Below, piece after piece: positions 1-13,337 of a DNA stretch of 64,000 bases. The position numbers and the translations under genes are program-made. Within the stretch, counting starts at the first letter, position 1; each line of letters begins with the position of its first letter. This DNA comes from Camelus dromedarius (lineage: Eukaryota). The notes below the pieces were generated by a model that was not told where the DNA came from, ran no database searches, and saw only the letters and a program-made list of their open reading frames with translations. Where the stretch lies: NCBI RefSeq assembly GCF_036321535.1, contig NC_087437.1, positions 15,874,001-15,938,000 of the forward strand. The letters are read 5' to 3'.

Positions 1-3000
1 GTATTCTCAGGGGCAGGAGGAGAGCAATGGCGGGGTGGTCAGGCAGGCTTCCTAGAGGAGACGAGAGGGACTGTGGCTGCGCCTTAGAGAGCCAGAGGGA
101 CTTGGTGGGGTGGAGAGTCAGGTGTGATGAGGACAGATTCTATCTGGGGGACCCAGGTGGTGAGTCTGACAGTCCGCAGCAAGCCAGCCTTGCTTTCCGG
201 AGAGAGAAGGGTGAAGCCTGTGCGTGGAGGTGGGCTGGGCCTGAAGGCTGGATGCCAGGAGGGCAGTGTCATGGGGCAGGAGCAGCCTTGGCAGGTGTGG
301 CCATGTGGAGGGTCAAGGACACTTGAAAGAGGATGTCGGTGCACCTGGTAGGAGGTGTGTGCCTGGCAGGAGGTGCACTGTGGAGCAGCCCCGAGGGGTC
401 GCATCAGCTCCAGTGGCCCCTCGGGACTTAGCAGCCCCAGTCTGGTCCAGGATGTATCCAGGAGAATGCCAGGCCTGCCTGCCAGCCCCCACACCTTCCT
501 TCCTTGATGGGTTGCCCCACACCTGGCGTATCTCCCAAGCCCCTGCCACAGCCCTCCCTCTGGGGGCCCCTGGCTCTCTGGCTGCTGCCAGTACATGCAG
601 GGGCCCTAGGGGCATGGCCCAGTGCCAGTGACATCTGAGAGTTACTGTGCCACAGATCAATCCGGGATGAGGGCGCAGGAGGGCTGCAAGAGAGAGGCGG
701 ACGGCAGCATGTTCCTTCTGATTAACGAGCCTGGGCCGCCATCCGTCGTCGGCCTTCATTAGGCTGCAGAGTCATTTTGCATGGGCGTGCGGCCTCTCCT
801 CCCCACTCTTCTCTAGTGATTGATACCCCCCGGGTACCTGCATCCCTCAGAAAGAGAGAGGCCCTCTCTCCTCGCACCCGTGAGGAGCGGAGGCAGTGGA
901 CTTCTGGCCGTGATTCTTACCTGTGTGCCATCGCCCCAACGCACGGGTCTGTCAGGGTGGCCAGGGCAAACAGACTTAATCTCCCTTTGAATTCATGGTG
1001 CTGGGAGCCTGGAAAATGCCAGGCTCTTCAATTTAAATGAGTCTTTGACTCTCCCCACAAAAATGCAAATAGGTGAAGCACCAAGTGTTGGGCTTCTGGC
1101 CAGACCTGCCCCATCCGCGTGCTGGGGCGTTGATTTAAAGGATGTCCCTGAACCACTGCGTTCCTGGGTGGTTCTCTTTTTTTCTCCTTGTTGCCAGATG
1201 GTGCCCGTGTTGCTGTTGGAAAGGAAGCTGGGAGGAGGTGAGGGCTTGGGCAGAAGCTCTGTTGAAGGTCTGGTTAAAGGGCCTCCTGATGCCTGAGGCC
1301 TGGGCGTGGCTGGGGCTGCCGGCCATCATGCCTGAGCTGGACGGCAGCCTCGGAAGCCCACCTTGCCTGTATCTACCATCAGGATCTGGCCTCTGATGTT
1401 TGATGTTTGATGCTGCGGAGGACTGGAGATCTCCAGCCAGGATTGGTGAGACCCACTTTTCTTCTTGGTTCTCTGGCTGTGGCATATTTGCAGACATTGG
1501 AGGGGTGCACGTGGATGTGAAAGGGTGTCTGGCCATCTTGAAGGTTGAGGGAAGACATACCAGAATGAGAACAAGAACTGACATCAAAGGAAAAGAAGAC
1601 AGCAGAAGGAAGACTGACTGGCATTTTATACCTAAGACGGAAGGCTTTCAGGCTCCCCTTTTCCTTGCTCCTGTGTTCAGTCTCACTCCCTCGGGGCTTC
1701 TCCTTTGTTGGAGAGCAACTACCAGTTTTTGTGCCCCTGGCCCCTTCTCCATCAAGGAGCCACAAGGAGGCGGGGAGCTGAGTGCAGGGGTGTGGAGGGT
1801 GGGCAGGGGTGCACGGAGGGTCCTGGGCACCAGCCCTGCCTGAGAACAGTCTCCTGAGGGCAGGGCTCAGTGCTGAGCCTCCACTTCCAGGTGGACAAGC
1901 GCATGATTGAATCCTTTCACTATGACAGTGAACCCGTCAGGCCTGGTGCATCAGGGCGATGGGGAGCATCTGGGAGGTAACAGGACAGGCACTGGGTCAC
2001 CTTGCCTTCGTTCTGAAGCACCGTTCCTGACCTTGGCCCCTTGGGGAAACTCAAAGTGTGGTTGAGCTGCTTGCTGACTCCTTCCCAAGGGCTCTGGATG
2101 CAAGGAGAGACTCTTGCCTTCAGTCCCTGGTGGCCTCCCAAGAGGGAGCACTCTCTAGTGCCACGTGAGACACGAGGTAGGAGAGAAAACCACTGCCCAG
2201 CACCATTGTTCTCAAACCAGTGATTCTTCAACCATATTTTTGAAAAATGAGGCCATGAAGCCTGTGAGCCAGGGGTCCCACGTGCTATGAAGCCAAGGCT
2301 GCTGGTGCCCTTCTGCCTCACCAGCCAGACAGGCTGTGGGTCATGCGTGCTGTGTGAGTCCTTTACCCTCTCCCACCCTCACTCCCCATCCCAGTCCAGA
2401 GCCCTCAACCTGGACTAATCTGGTTAATCCAGAAAGTCTCGCTTCCAGCCCAGCAGAGGGCTGCAGCCCTTGGCTTGGCTGCTGGAGACTGCGGATGAGC
2501 GGCTGCCGCCTGGCCGCAGAGCCCACCCTGCACCGTGGGGAGGGAGCCCGTGCGGAGGAGGGCGAGGTGGGAGCACTGGGCTCGGGGTGGGGCCTGTTCA
2601 TCCAGAGCAGAGCTGAGGCCCGAGCCCCTCCACATGGCCTCTTGAGCTCTGCGCTGAGAGGAGCGCTGAGCCCAGGAAAAGGCCAGCACTGCTCCCTGGG
2701 CTTCAGAGTGTGTGTTGAGGCAGGGCAGCCCCTTGGCTCTCTGGGTTCCTCCTTGTCAGCCTTCCCTTTAAGCCTGGATAGGGTTGCAAAGGATCCAGCT
2801 GGTCTTCAGGGGCGGCCTGCAGGGGAGGCATTTAGTGCACTGGTGCTGAGTCTGCGGCCCCGTCCCAGATCCCCCGTGCACGGTGTACGTGGGGTGAAGG
2901 GGCCCTCGGCAAGTGTCCTTTTGAGGTCAGGCAGGGGTGGAGGCCCTGAGAGAAATCAGTGTGGCTGGAGGGCTAGTGTGGCTTCCCAGTCAGCCCACGC

Positions 3001-3918
3001 TGCCGGGCCGGAGGGAACCAAAGCCCACCCTTCAGAGTGGGCCTTAGGGTCGGGACCCAGTAGCTGGCCCATCTCAGAGGGTGCAGCTAAGGACCTCAGG
3101 CCCGTGAGAAACTCCACTGCCCGCCCCAGGACCAGACACGGGGCGTGCCGGTGTCTGCTGTTTGAGGGGCGCCTTCTGCTTGTCAAGCACTTGTGTGGTA
3201 AGTGCTTGGTGACTAATATTTCATTGGCTTGGCACAAATGCCTTGTGACGTGGGCATTATTATCCTTATTTGATGGATGGCTGAGCATGAGCCTTAGGGG
3301 TCTGAGTGATGCGCTCCAGGTCGTACAACTGGATAGCATGGGGCTGGAACTCACACCAGGTCCGCCTGATCTGAGTCCAGTGCGATCAGGACAGGGCCAT
3401 GAGCTGTTGACCTAAGCTCTGAGTAGCACCAGCGACCTGGAGACACAGACGACACAGTTCACAGAGGTGTTGGAGGGGAGATTAATGAGGGCACTGTTTG
3501 CCATGGTGTGCACAGAGTTAAACACAAGTGACAGGGAAGACAAAACAGGTAAGGACTCCCAGCAGTGGGGAGCTTTTACCACCCTGGGCCTGAGGGACAA
3601 GTGGAGAGGCCTGCGACCAGGACCAGCAGTGGGAGAGGGCCACCGCCCGCTGCAGCCCAGCAGAGGCGTGGGGCATACCCCGCCCCCAGCCTCTCCCTCC
3701 CACCTGCCCCAGGCTCCCGGGACAGAGGAGGGTGGAGAGGGATGGTGGGTGGATCTGCAGGAGCTAATGAAGGCCTCCCATTGCCTGCTGGAGTGGGTAT
3801 CTCTGAAGGAGGCACCCGGCCTTCTCTGTGTCTGTGTTTCCTAAGCTCCCAGCACAGCGCCTGAGTATTTATTTGTTGGAGGAAACCCGACACCTATGTT
3901 GCCTGGCGTCCTACCCTC

Positions 3919-4349
3919 TGTTACGGGTTCACTTGTGTCCCCTCAGAAAAAAGATATGTTGAGGTCCTAACCCCCAGTGCCGTACAGTATGACCTGACTT
4001 GGGCATAGGGTCATTGTGGATATAATTAATTAAGATGAAGTCATACTAAAGGAGGGTGGGCCCTAGCCCAGTAGGACAGGTGTCCTTGTAATACAGCGTG
4101 TGAAGACAGAGACACAAGGGGGCGGGTGCCCGTGACCTTGAAGGCAGAGGTTGGAATGCCAGGGATTGCCAGCAAGACCCCAAAAGCTAGCAGAGGCGAG
4201 GAAAGCTCCTCCCCTATGAGTTCCAGAGGGAGCCTGGCCCTGCTGTCACCTTGACTTTGGACTCCAGATCTGTGAGACAACACATCTCTGTTGTTTGAAG
4301 CCAGCTGGATTGTGGTACTTTGTTACAGCAGCCGTAGGAAGCTAATACA
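3919..4349 (+). mobile_element. MaLR solo LTR (MLT1B/C-like)
   Basis: TG…CA ends; tgttacgggttcacttgtgtcccc…gaggtcctaacccccag and …gtggtactttgttacagcagccgtaggaagctaataca are typical MLT1 termini. Confidence 0.85.
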
Positions 4350-5399
4350 TCTCCTAAAGCAAGGATGTTTCTATTTTACTAGGAAAAAACATTTGCAGGG
4401 TGTGGGTGTATACACGGCCAAGTCACCACAGGACCCAGCCCGACCTGGGGGCTCAGGAGGCGGAGGGATCTACCCAGGCTCTGGAGGTGCCTTGTGGTTT
4501 TTTGCCATATTTCTTGGCGACCACTCTAGTGACTGGGAACTGGAAGTGACCCACTGAGGCCAGAGAGGAGAGGGACCCCCTCCAAGCGAGGTTCCATGTC
4601 TGAGCTGGGCTGGGCAGAGAAGGCAGCCCTGAGGTGTGTCCCCAGCCCTTTCCAGTTCCTCAGTTAAACAGACCAGATCACGTCCCTACGCTCTGGTCTG
4701 CTTCCCGGGGAGCCTGGCTCTGTAGGAGGGGAGGGAGGGAAACCAGAGCTGGGCCTCGGGGCTCCCCGGCTTGTGCACGGGCTCTGCCATGTGTGAACCG
4801 AGACCAGATCCAGAGCCCCTCCCGCCTCCCAGAGGCACAGTGCTACGCTGTGACCCATCGACGCTGTGGCTTCTTTTACGATAATTAATTAAACCTTGGA
4901 AAATAAAAGAAACAGAAGGAGAAGGGTGTGGTGGGGAGGACTGCGCTAATCTGTGTGTTCTTTAAAAGAGCAAATTTCGCAGTTTATATTTATAATTTAA
5001 GTGCCTGTTCCGACTCATTCAGTCAGTCAGTCATTCAGCAGATGGGCTGGACCAGCTCGCCTGTTTACTCAGGCTTGTTTCTCTTCCTCGCCAGCCACTA
5101 CTGCACATCAGTCCGTGGAGGCTTCTGTAATAACAGCTTCTTTTCACCTAGCATTTTACACTTGGCAGAGACAGTAATAGATGTTATTCCAGTAAGAGTT
5201 CTTAAGAGTATACACAGCATCTCTCTGGGCCTGGCCTCATTGGCTGGTGGATGCTGGAGACATGCCTCTTCTGTGAAAGTCCGGCTTTGACACTCAGCCC
5301 TGACTTGATCTGCTTGTCAGTCACGGAGCTGGGACTGGAACCCAGGTCTCGGGAGCTGATTGAGCATTTATGCTGTCTAAGGCACCTGATCAAACCCCA

Positions 5400-5720
5400 T
5401 GGGCTATGAGTCACAGCTCTGCCTTCTCAAGGTACTTGCAATGAACTTGAGGAGGGAAGATTCAGAACACAATTTTAGGTAGTGAGGAGGAAGAAGCCCT
5501 TCCAGGCAGGAGGACCAGCCCGAGTGCAGGTTGGAGGAGTGGAGGGGAAGTGACGGGTTTCCTCTGGGGAACTGAAGGAAGATCAGTTTGGAAAAGGTGG
5601 CCTCGATTCAGAAGGTTCATGAAACCCAGAACTTTGTGGCGTATCTTGGATGAGTGGAGAGACTGAAAATCATGAAGTAGGGGAGTGAGGTGGGGTGAAA
5701 GACGTACTTTTAGAAGACTG
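5400..5720 (-). mobile_element. Degraded L2 fragment
   Basis: ctctgccttctcaagg…cttccaggcaggaggaccagc pattern of antisense L2. Confidence 0.4.
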
Positions 5721-5899
5721 GTTGGATTTCTATTTCTGAACTTACATCTTCTAAAACAACACGGTAATAGTACGGAAGCCCATCGGCAAACTGACGCCCC
5801 TAGGCCCACAGCTCTTGCACCTGGCTGTCTAGTCTTTGTACTTAACACCGCAGTTTTATTCCACTGAAGCTGTTTCCAGAGTTGCATCTGTGAGGCATG

Positions 5900-6200
5900 T
5901 ACATTTCTGTTTCCTGGTCTGTTTTATTGCTGAGGTTCTGATGCTGTTACATTGTCTTTGTAACACTCCAGGCACGTGACCAGGAGTGTTCTGTCCAGCA
6001 TTTCCTTCCCCTCCGGATAGGCTGAGTCTAGTGTTCCCGGGTTCTAAACACTGCTGTAATGAACATCTTCATGATATAGAGCGTTTGTTTCCTTTTCTTT
6101 TGGAATTATTTCCTTTGGACAGATTCTTGGGGGTGACATCACTGTGTGATCAGAGGACCTGGGATTCCGTAAACCTTTGCTTGGCGTGGCCGTATTGCCT
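5900..6200 (-). mobile_element. Old L1M(E) fragment
   Basis: ctgctgtaatgaacatcttc…tttcctttggacagattcttgg resembles antisense L1 ORF2 3' region. Confidence 0.5.
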
Positions 6201-7223
6201 TTGAACCATTTACATTGACAGCAAGAGTAGAACTTGGCAGCTGCATGGTGAGTGGTGCAGACTGGGGCTTCTGCCAAGACACAGCTAGGAGGCAGTTGCT
6301 ATGGTCCCAGGGCACAGGGCTAAAGCCCTGGACTCAGATGGGTTGCCAAGAATGCAGCTAAAGAAGATGCTGCAAAGAATCACTGTGGCGTGATGAATGA
6401 TTTGGTGAGAGGCTGAGGGAGAACAAGGAATCAAAGCTGAATGCCTCTCTCGAGGTTTCACACCTGGGCTCCAGAGAATGGGTGGAGGGAGGCAAGTAAG
6501 CAGAAGATCCGGATGGGTGGACACATGGATGGGGTGTGAGGGCTTGTGCAGAACACTTTCTAACATCACTCTTTTACAGCTGCGCTGGGCCCAGGGCCCA
6601 GACCATGAGTCCCTGAGCTCATGCCCTTAACAGTTCCCACTCAGCCCGTGCCATCCCCGGACCAGAGCCAGCGGACCTCTCCCTCCTCTGGTCCAGGGAG
6701 GCAATCTGAGGCCAATTCAGAAGGATGGGGATGAGATTCCAGGGAGGCTGCCTGTACTGGCAGTAGGAAGTCTGGGCAGGTGAGAAGTTGGGGCTTAGAA
6801 ACTGTGGTTCTGGGGCCTTGGTCAGGGGCTTGAATATCGAGGGCAGGGTGTCACCTGGGGAGTCCTGGAGGCATCATCAGGAGTTCCCGTGCCAACGGGG
6901 CTGGTTGTCCCAGTGAGTGGGACCTGTGAAGACTAGACACAGCCCCAGGGAGGGTCTGGGGAAAGAGCTCCAAGAAGCCTCCGCAGTGAGTCCCTGGCAG
7001 GCCGCTGTGGTAGGCAGACCAGGGCCAGGGAGCCAGGGCACTACAGGCGCCTGGGGTAGGGGTTGAAGGATGTGAGCTCCAGGGAGTCCTGGTCTGGAGG
7101 GCAGCACCGGGGATCCCTGGAGAGGCTGAGGGCGTCCCTGTGGTCAGGGCTGCCCTGCATACTGGGGTCACCGGCATGCTCTGGATCTGGGCGTTGGGGA
7201 GACTATTTCCTACACGTCCTATT

Positions 7224-7225
<2 letters not shown>

Positions 7226-7264
<39 letters not shown>

Positions 7265-7267
7265 GTG
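7226..7267. repeat. (TG)n microsatellite
   Basis: About 15 perfect TG units plus TATG. Confidence 0.95.
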
Positions 7268-10200
7268 AAGGGGCAAGTCCCTGTGCTTCCATCAGCCAGG
7301 GCCTGGGGAAGGAAGGAGGGCGTGCCCACTGTGTGCCAGGCTCCGTACACCTGTCATTTTATTCCGTGTTCACAACTGTCCCTGGGATTCCCCTCCCTGC
7401 CATTCACCCTGGCTGTGGTTGCAGACTGAGCTGCGTGATTATTTGATTAATTTCCATCTTTCCACTTGCCCGCAGGCTCCCCAAGGGCTGGGGTGTCTGT
7501 CCTTCTCTGCTCTGCCTCTGGTGCCGGCACAGCACCCACTTGTCTGCAGGAGTGACTCGGACAACCTTGGTTGAACAGACACCAGCATCCCTTTATTCTA
7601 CCACATTTCAGCTCCCTTCCAGTGATCCTGATGCCTCATGAAGGCAGAGGGAGGCCGAGGGGCTGCAGTGGGCTGACCCGTTAACTCCTGGCATTTACAT
7701 GATGGGAGCTGGGTTCCTGAACCCACTCTGTCCTGTGGCTACTGGGTTTCAGGAGTCCTCTGGGCCACAGAGGGCAGCACAGGGCAGTGATTGCATGGCT
7801 GCTTCCCTGCTTGGAAGGTCCGTGGACTTGCCTTATCAAATACACATGAGGCACTGCTCAGAGGAGGCTTGCAAGGCCCCATTCCATCTGTATATGTTGT
7901 TGTATGTTGTTACCACCATGGAAGGACGTTGTAAATATTTTCAGCTGAATGTCTGATTGATGTCTTTCCAAAAAGAGTGGCAGAGCTGTAAGGAGAGGGT
8001 TTATTTATCTCTCTTTCACCATGATGGGCATCTAATTCATCCCAAATGTCAATACATCCCAAGGTGCCAATCCAGACAGAATCGAGGACTGTCTGCAGAG
8101 AAGGGTGGCAGCTGCCTCTTTCTCCTCGAAGGGGCTCAGACTGGCCCCACCACCAGGACCCTAGGGTGGCGGCCCACCATGGTCGGAGAGGGGAACCCTG
8201 AGGGTTTCCATACTGAAGCCGCAGCAGGGAGATTGTTCCCTGGGAAAATGGGGTCTCTTTGCTAGGCTTCTCATGGCCCCACCCCTCTCGGGTTCTTGCC
8301 AGTCCAGCCGGCTCTTGCCAGAGGCCCCTTCTGTCTCCCCTCGCGGCCTCCCCTCCCCTCTGGCTCAGTCCTCCTCACCCTCCCTTGTGTTTGGATGGCT
8401 CCCACTTCATTCTCATCAGCCTGTCTCTACTCCTCCCTGGTTGCCCTGGGAAGTCACTGTGTCCTCTTTGTCCCAAGTGCCAGGTGGAGATCTCCATTCT
8501 CCCTTGCCACTGCCGCCCACTCTGTCCAGGGGACCATAGTGTCTGCCTCTGCTCACACACAGTGTGAGTCTCCTTTTTGGGTGGGCCCACCTACTCCCCA
8601 CCTGGAGAAGAACTGTGTCCCTTCCCTTGAGTATCTCAGTCTCTTTCTCATGGGCTCGGCCAGTGTAGGATGCTGAGTGGTTCTTTGCTTTTTGTCCCTC
8701 CCTCAACTAGACCATAAGACCCACCCCTATCTAGGGGACCCATCGCTCTCATTCTCTGCTGTATCCTCTACATGCGTTACTCCTTGGTCCTCACAAAGAA
8801 GGAGGTAGAGGAGATACCAGTAGGTGGTTACCATCGCTGACTCTTATACATCTCTTATGGGTAGTTTACAGATACCATCATTAGATTCTTTCTATCATAG
8901 CTAGGAAACTGAAGCTTGGGGTGATTAAGTTATAATAATGAAAGCATTTGTTTTTGGTGCTTTGGGTAATGCAGTCCACCCACAGTCCTATGCACTAACT
9001 CGCTCTAGCCCCGTTCTGCAGATGAGGAGGGAGGGAGAAAGAAGTGGCCGCTAAGTGGTGGGAGTGGGACCTGGACCCTGACTGCCCACACCGATGCCCT
9101 CTTTCCACTCTGTGTGTCCTCCTCCCCAGCCTCCCTCCCTTGGGCAGCGAGTACGTGCTCCCAGAGAGCAGAGGCCAGGTGGTGGGTATGGGTCCCAGAG
9201 CCATGTCCCCTGTAGGCATCGGGTCTGACAGCAACACATGCACCTCCAGCTGGTTTGGTCCCCATGCCACTGTTTGAGAGCAGAAGTGATGGTAAATATT
9301 TAATTGTGCTTCCACCATAACTTTCTGCCAGAACTCTCAATATGCTTTATAAATGCAAATGAGTACTCTCTTCTTCTCCAGGGAGATGTAAACCTTCTCA
9401 GATCACTTTAATTCAGCCCCCACCAGAGTGTAATGCCATAATCAGGAGCGCTCCGTGCCAGAACACAAACTGCCCTTAATCATACTGAGTGGATGGTTTA
9501 TGGTCTTGTGGTCTTCCATCTCCGCCGCAGGCAGGATGCAGAGAGATGCATTCCTATTGCTGTAACTTCTGTCCAAGAGGGTGGATGGAAGACATTATTT
9601 AGAAACAGATTCAGTGACAGCCCTTGAGCAGGAAACCATGATTATAATCAAGTCTTCGATTGTATTAATGGGGTTAACAAAACAGACCAGCTCTTGGAAG
9701 GTTTAGGAGTGAAGGCTGACTCTTACTTTTGATTCTGGACTGTATTTCCCTCCCTGCCCATATCCTCTGCGTGTTCCCTGCTACTTCAACGTGATCCTGA
9801 GGTTGGAGAGCGCCACTATATACATTGCTTTAGGGCTTTGGTGGCCTTTGGCTTTATGAGCAAGGACCCCCATCCCAGGACCACAGCAGAGTCCCCGGAT
9901 GCCCAGATCTGTCTGCTGGGCGGCAGGCTGAGAGTTGAGGCTGTCAGCATCAGCGTGGAAGGCTGCGTGACCCTGTAGGAGCCACTATACCTTTCTGCGC
10001 CCTGGTCCCCAAGTCTGCCAAATGGGTTCAGTGACTCCTGCTTCAGGCCCACCTGGCGAAGGCATTTTAATCAAGGAGATGAATTTCTTCAGGGCCACGT
10101 GGAGTGCCTTCTGAGAAGTGTATTATGTAAATTTGGTGTGTCATTATGATCATTATTAGTGCTGTGAAGTGGAGACAGGGGAGAGAGGGAGGGCTGCTCG

Positions 10201-11114
10201 GTGCAGGGATCGGCCTCCCCAGCTGTCAGAAGACCAGAGGAGAAAGCAAACTTGAGAAGTCTGTGCCAGTGCTTGCGTTCCTTCAGATGTGCATGGGCCA
10301 CGACTCTCCAGCCAAACCCAAACTTAAATAGGCAAGAAAGTCCAGCTGGCTGTATTTGTTGACTCTCCTGTTTGCAGTGTGAGCCCCATTCCACTGGGTT
10401 ACTCAGGGTGCAGGCAAGCTATGCAGTGTCAGTGGAAGATGGTGCAGCACTGACCTGTTAGCTTCTGTCCACACCAGCACCTGTTGAGACACCGGACCCT
10501 GTCTGACCCTTGCGTATAGTCCATGCAGGTCACCATGGGGTGGCTCTGGGTCCCCTTAATTAGACCTCCCTCTGTCTATCTGGGCCATGTCAGCCTGGTG
10601 TGGTCGCTCCTGGCTGGGATGCTGGGTGACCAAGGTCCAAGGTTGAAGTCTTGTCACCCCCACAGACTCCTACCATCCCTTCTCTGGGGTTGAGCACCGG
10701 GAGACCAGAGTGTAGGCAACCCCTTTTCTCAACTCAGCTCCTCATTTGTCACTCTATTTTCATTCCCTCTGTCCTGCCAATAGGATGACTTTCTTCCAAA
10801 ACCTTTGGTTTATGCCAAGAATCCGTTTTCCTAAGGGGCCCAGGACTCTGCATTCTGCATTCAGACTTCCTGTCTTCTGCCTGAAACAGTGAGCAGGGAA
10901 TGGCTGTTCACATGGGGTAGGGGGATGCTCAGGAGAAAAGAGAAGCGAGAGAAACCAAAATAACACATCATACATATTCCCTGTGCCCCTGCTTGTTGAG
11001 CACCTGTGCAGCTAGGATGGGCTGTGCCTGGACCTTTGATACATGCCGTGGGACATTCAGGTGGATAAGACCCCTCTGCTAGCCTCAATGGCACCATTAT
11101 GTGATTTAAAAAGG

Positions 11115-12266
11115 TGCTGCTCTGGAACATTGGATATCCACACGATAAAATCAATTGTATATTTGACTCATAGCTCCCACCTTAGGCAAAAATTAACTCA
11201 AAATAGATCTTAGACCTAGGTAGGAGAAAATCTTTGTGATCTTGGGTTAGGCAAAGATTTCTTAGATGTGACACCAACCATAAAAGAAAAACTGGGTAAA
11301 TTCTCTAAAATTTAAAGTGTCTACTTTTTGAAAGACACTGTTAAAGAGAGAAGCCACAGAATGTGAGAAAATATTTGCAAAGTGTGCGTCTGATAAAGGA
11401 CTCGTATCCAGAATATATAAATAACTTTCCAAACTCAATAATAAGAAAATAACCCAATTAAAAAATGGAAAAATGTTAAACAGACACTTCACTAAGAGAG
11501 ATATACAGGTGACAAATTATTGTGTGAAAGGATGTTTAGCATCCTTCTACATTAAGGAAACGAAAATTAAAACCATAATGAGATACCACTACACATCTAT
11601 TAAAATGGCCAAAATGAAAAATGCCTGATCATGCCAGGTGTTGGTGCAGATGTGGAGGAACTAGAACTCTTCATGCAATTTCTTTCATGTAGGGGGTAGG
11701 GTATAGCTCAGTGGTAAGGTGCTCACTTAGCGTGCACAGGATCCTGGGTTCAGGTCTGCGGTACCTCCATTAAAGTAAATAAATAAAATTTAAAAAGAAT
11801 TTGTCTCATGTAGTTGCCAAAAACTGGAAATGCCAGATGAATAGGTAGACAGAAATGTCATCTCTCCATACAGTGGGACACTATTCGGCAATAAAAAGGA
11901 ATACACTATTGATACAGCGTGATCAATCTTAAATATGCCAAGTCAAAGAAGCCAGATTAAGAAAACAGTATGTACTACATGATTCCATTTATGTAAAAGT
12001 CTAGAAAATGCCAATTAATCTATTCTATATATGACAGAAAGCAGAGCAGTCACTGCCTGGGGACAGTGACAGGCTGGGGCAGGGATGGGGGAAGAAGGAA
12101 TTACAAAGGGACAGGGAATTTCTGGGAATGATGGCTATGTTCATTGTCTTGATTGTGGTGATGGTTTCATGGGTATAAATAGATGTCAAAACTTATCAAA
12201 TATTATGCTTTAATTATGTTTATTGTATGTCATTTCTACCTCAACAAAGCTGTTAAAAAAAAAAAA
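11115..12266 (+). mobile_element. Old L1 (L1MC/ME-type) ORF2 3' region and 3' UTR, interrupted by a SINE
   Basis: A-rich L1 hallmarks (aaaattaactcaaaatagatc, gagaaaatatttgcaa, atgagataccactacac, gattgtggtgatggtttcatggg) ending in a poly-A at about 12255-12266. Confidence 0.85.
11693..11797 (+). mobile_element. tRNA-derived SINE, camelid Vic-1-like
   Basis: ggggtagggtatagctcagtggta (A box), ctgggttcagg (B-box-like), tacctccattaaa and A-rich tail; 16-bp TSD aatttctttcatgtag (11677-11692) / aatttgtctcatgtag (11798-11813). Confidence 0.9.
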
Positions 12267-13272
12267 CCCTAAAAACGAAGGGGTTTTGGGTTTACAAGTC
12301 AGAGCTCTGATCCGCCTTTTGGGAAGAGTTTCCATTGAGAAGTGGGGTTTGACAACAGTCAATAATAGAAGGAAAAGGAGAGGAATAAAAAAAGAAAAAG
12401 GTACCCTGTGTCCAGGACACTTTACTGCTGTCTGCCAGAAAACAGTTTTGATGAATATCAACTCTGTGATCCACATAGTGCCTGGCGACCTCTGTGTGTG
12501 AGCTGCAGCCACCCGGGAGCTCCTGGGAGCCACAGCCAAATCAGGGCGTCTGTCTCCCTCGCTGGCCAGAGGGATTGTAACCAGGAAGCAGGTCCCTGGG
12601 GTCTGAGATGTGCTTTTGTGTTCTGGGTAAGGCCTTTGCCAAAGCTGCGTGAGCCCCCAGCAGAGTCTTAGGGAGGGGGTGGCTGTGTATCTGGGCTCAG
12701 GGGCAGAGGGACCTGCAGGAAGGCTGAGCGTTGAGGCCAGAGGAGCTGAAGGGAAATCACCCAAGAGTAAGTGTCAACACGGATGCTGGAGGGAAGGCAG
12801 AGGAGAGTGGTGGGGAGAAAGGAGAGCAGAAGGGCGAGGGTGGAGAGGCAACCCAGTAGGCAGGGGAGGGCGGAAGGAGGTTGCCGAGGAAGGCTGGAAG
12901 GAAGAATTAGATTTGGCTACTGGATCAACACAGCCTGGGAAGAGCTGGTGATGTGGACGTGCGGGAAGAGGATGTGGGAAGAAGCCACGTCTTGGGGGAA
13001 AAGTGATGAGCGGGCAGGTGACTTCACCCCATACAGGTGGCTTGGGGTCATTTGGGTAGAGACTTAGCATCAGGAGACCTGAGGTCTGTGCCCAGCTCTG
13101 CCATGAGCCGTGTCGTCCTGGCGGACCTCTTCCCCTCTCTGAGCCTTGGGCTTGGTTGAGGGGTCCAGGACTCCTAACACTGACATTTACAGTTATAAGT
13201 AACTTCATGAACGTAAGGGCCACTGTCCCATAATTCTTCTAACTTACCAATTTTTCTCTTTTTGGTCTGCAG

Positions 13273-13337
13273 AAACTTTAATGGACACCAGGACAGCTAC
13301 TGCAGAGCTGGGCTGGACAGCCAATCCCGCATCAGGG
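13273..13337 (+). CDS. EPHB1: EPHB1 coding exon 2 (phase 1 to phase 0), encoding (E)TLMDTRTATAELGWTANPASG
   Basis: Polypyrimidine tract and acceptor ttttctctttttggtctgcag|AAACTTTAATGGAC; donor TCAGGG|gtgagt; 65 nt. The translation matches the EphB1 mature N-terminus and joins exon 3 in frame (…PASG|WEEVSG…). Confidence 0.96.

Noticed and set aside
2336..3415. 359-aa + strand ORF
   Set aside because: GTG start, composition typical of GC-rich non-coding DNA (G/L/S/A/R/P-rich), no recognisable domain; lies in EPHB1 intron 1.
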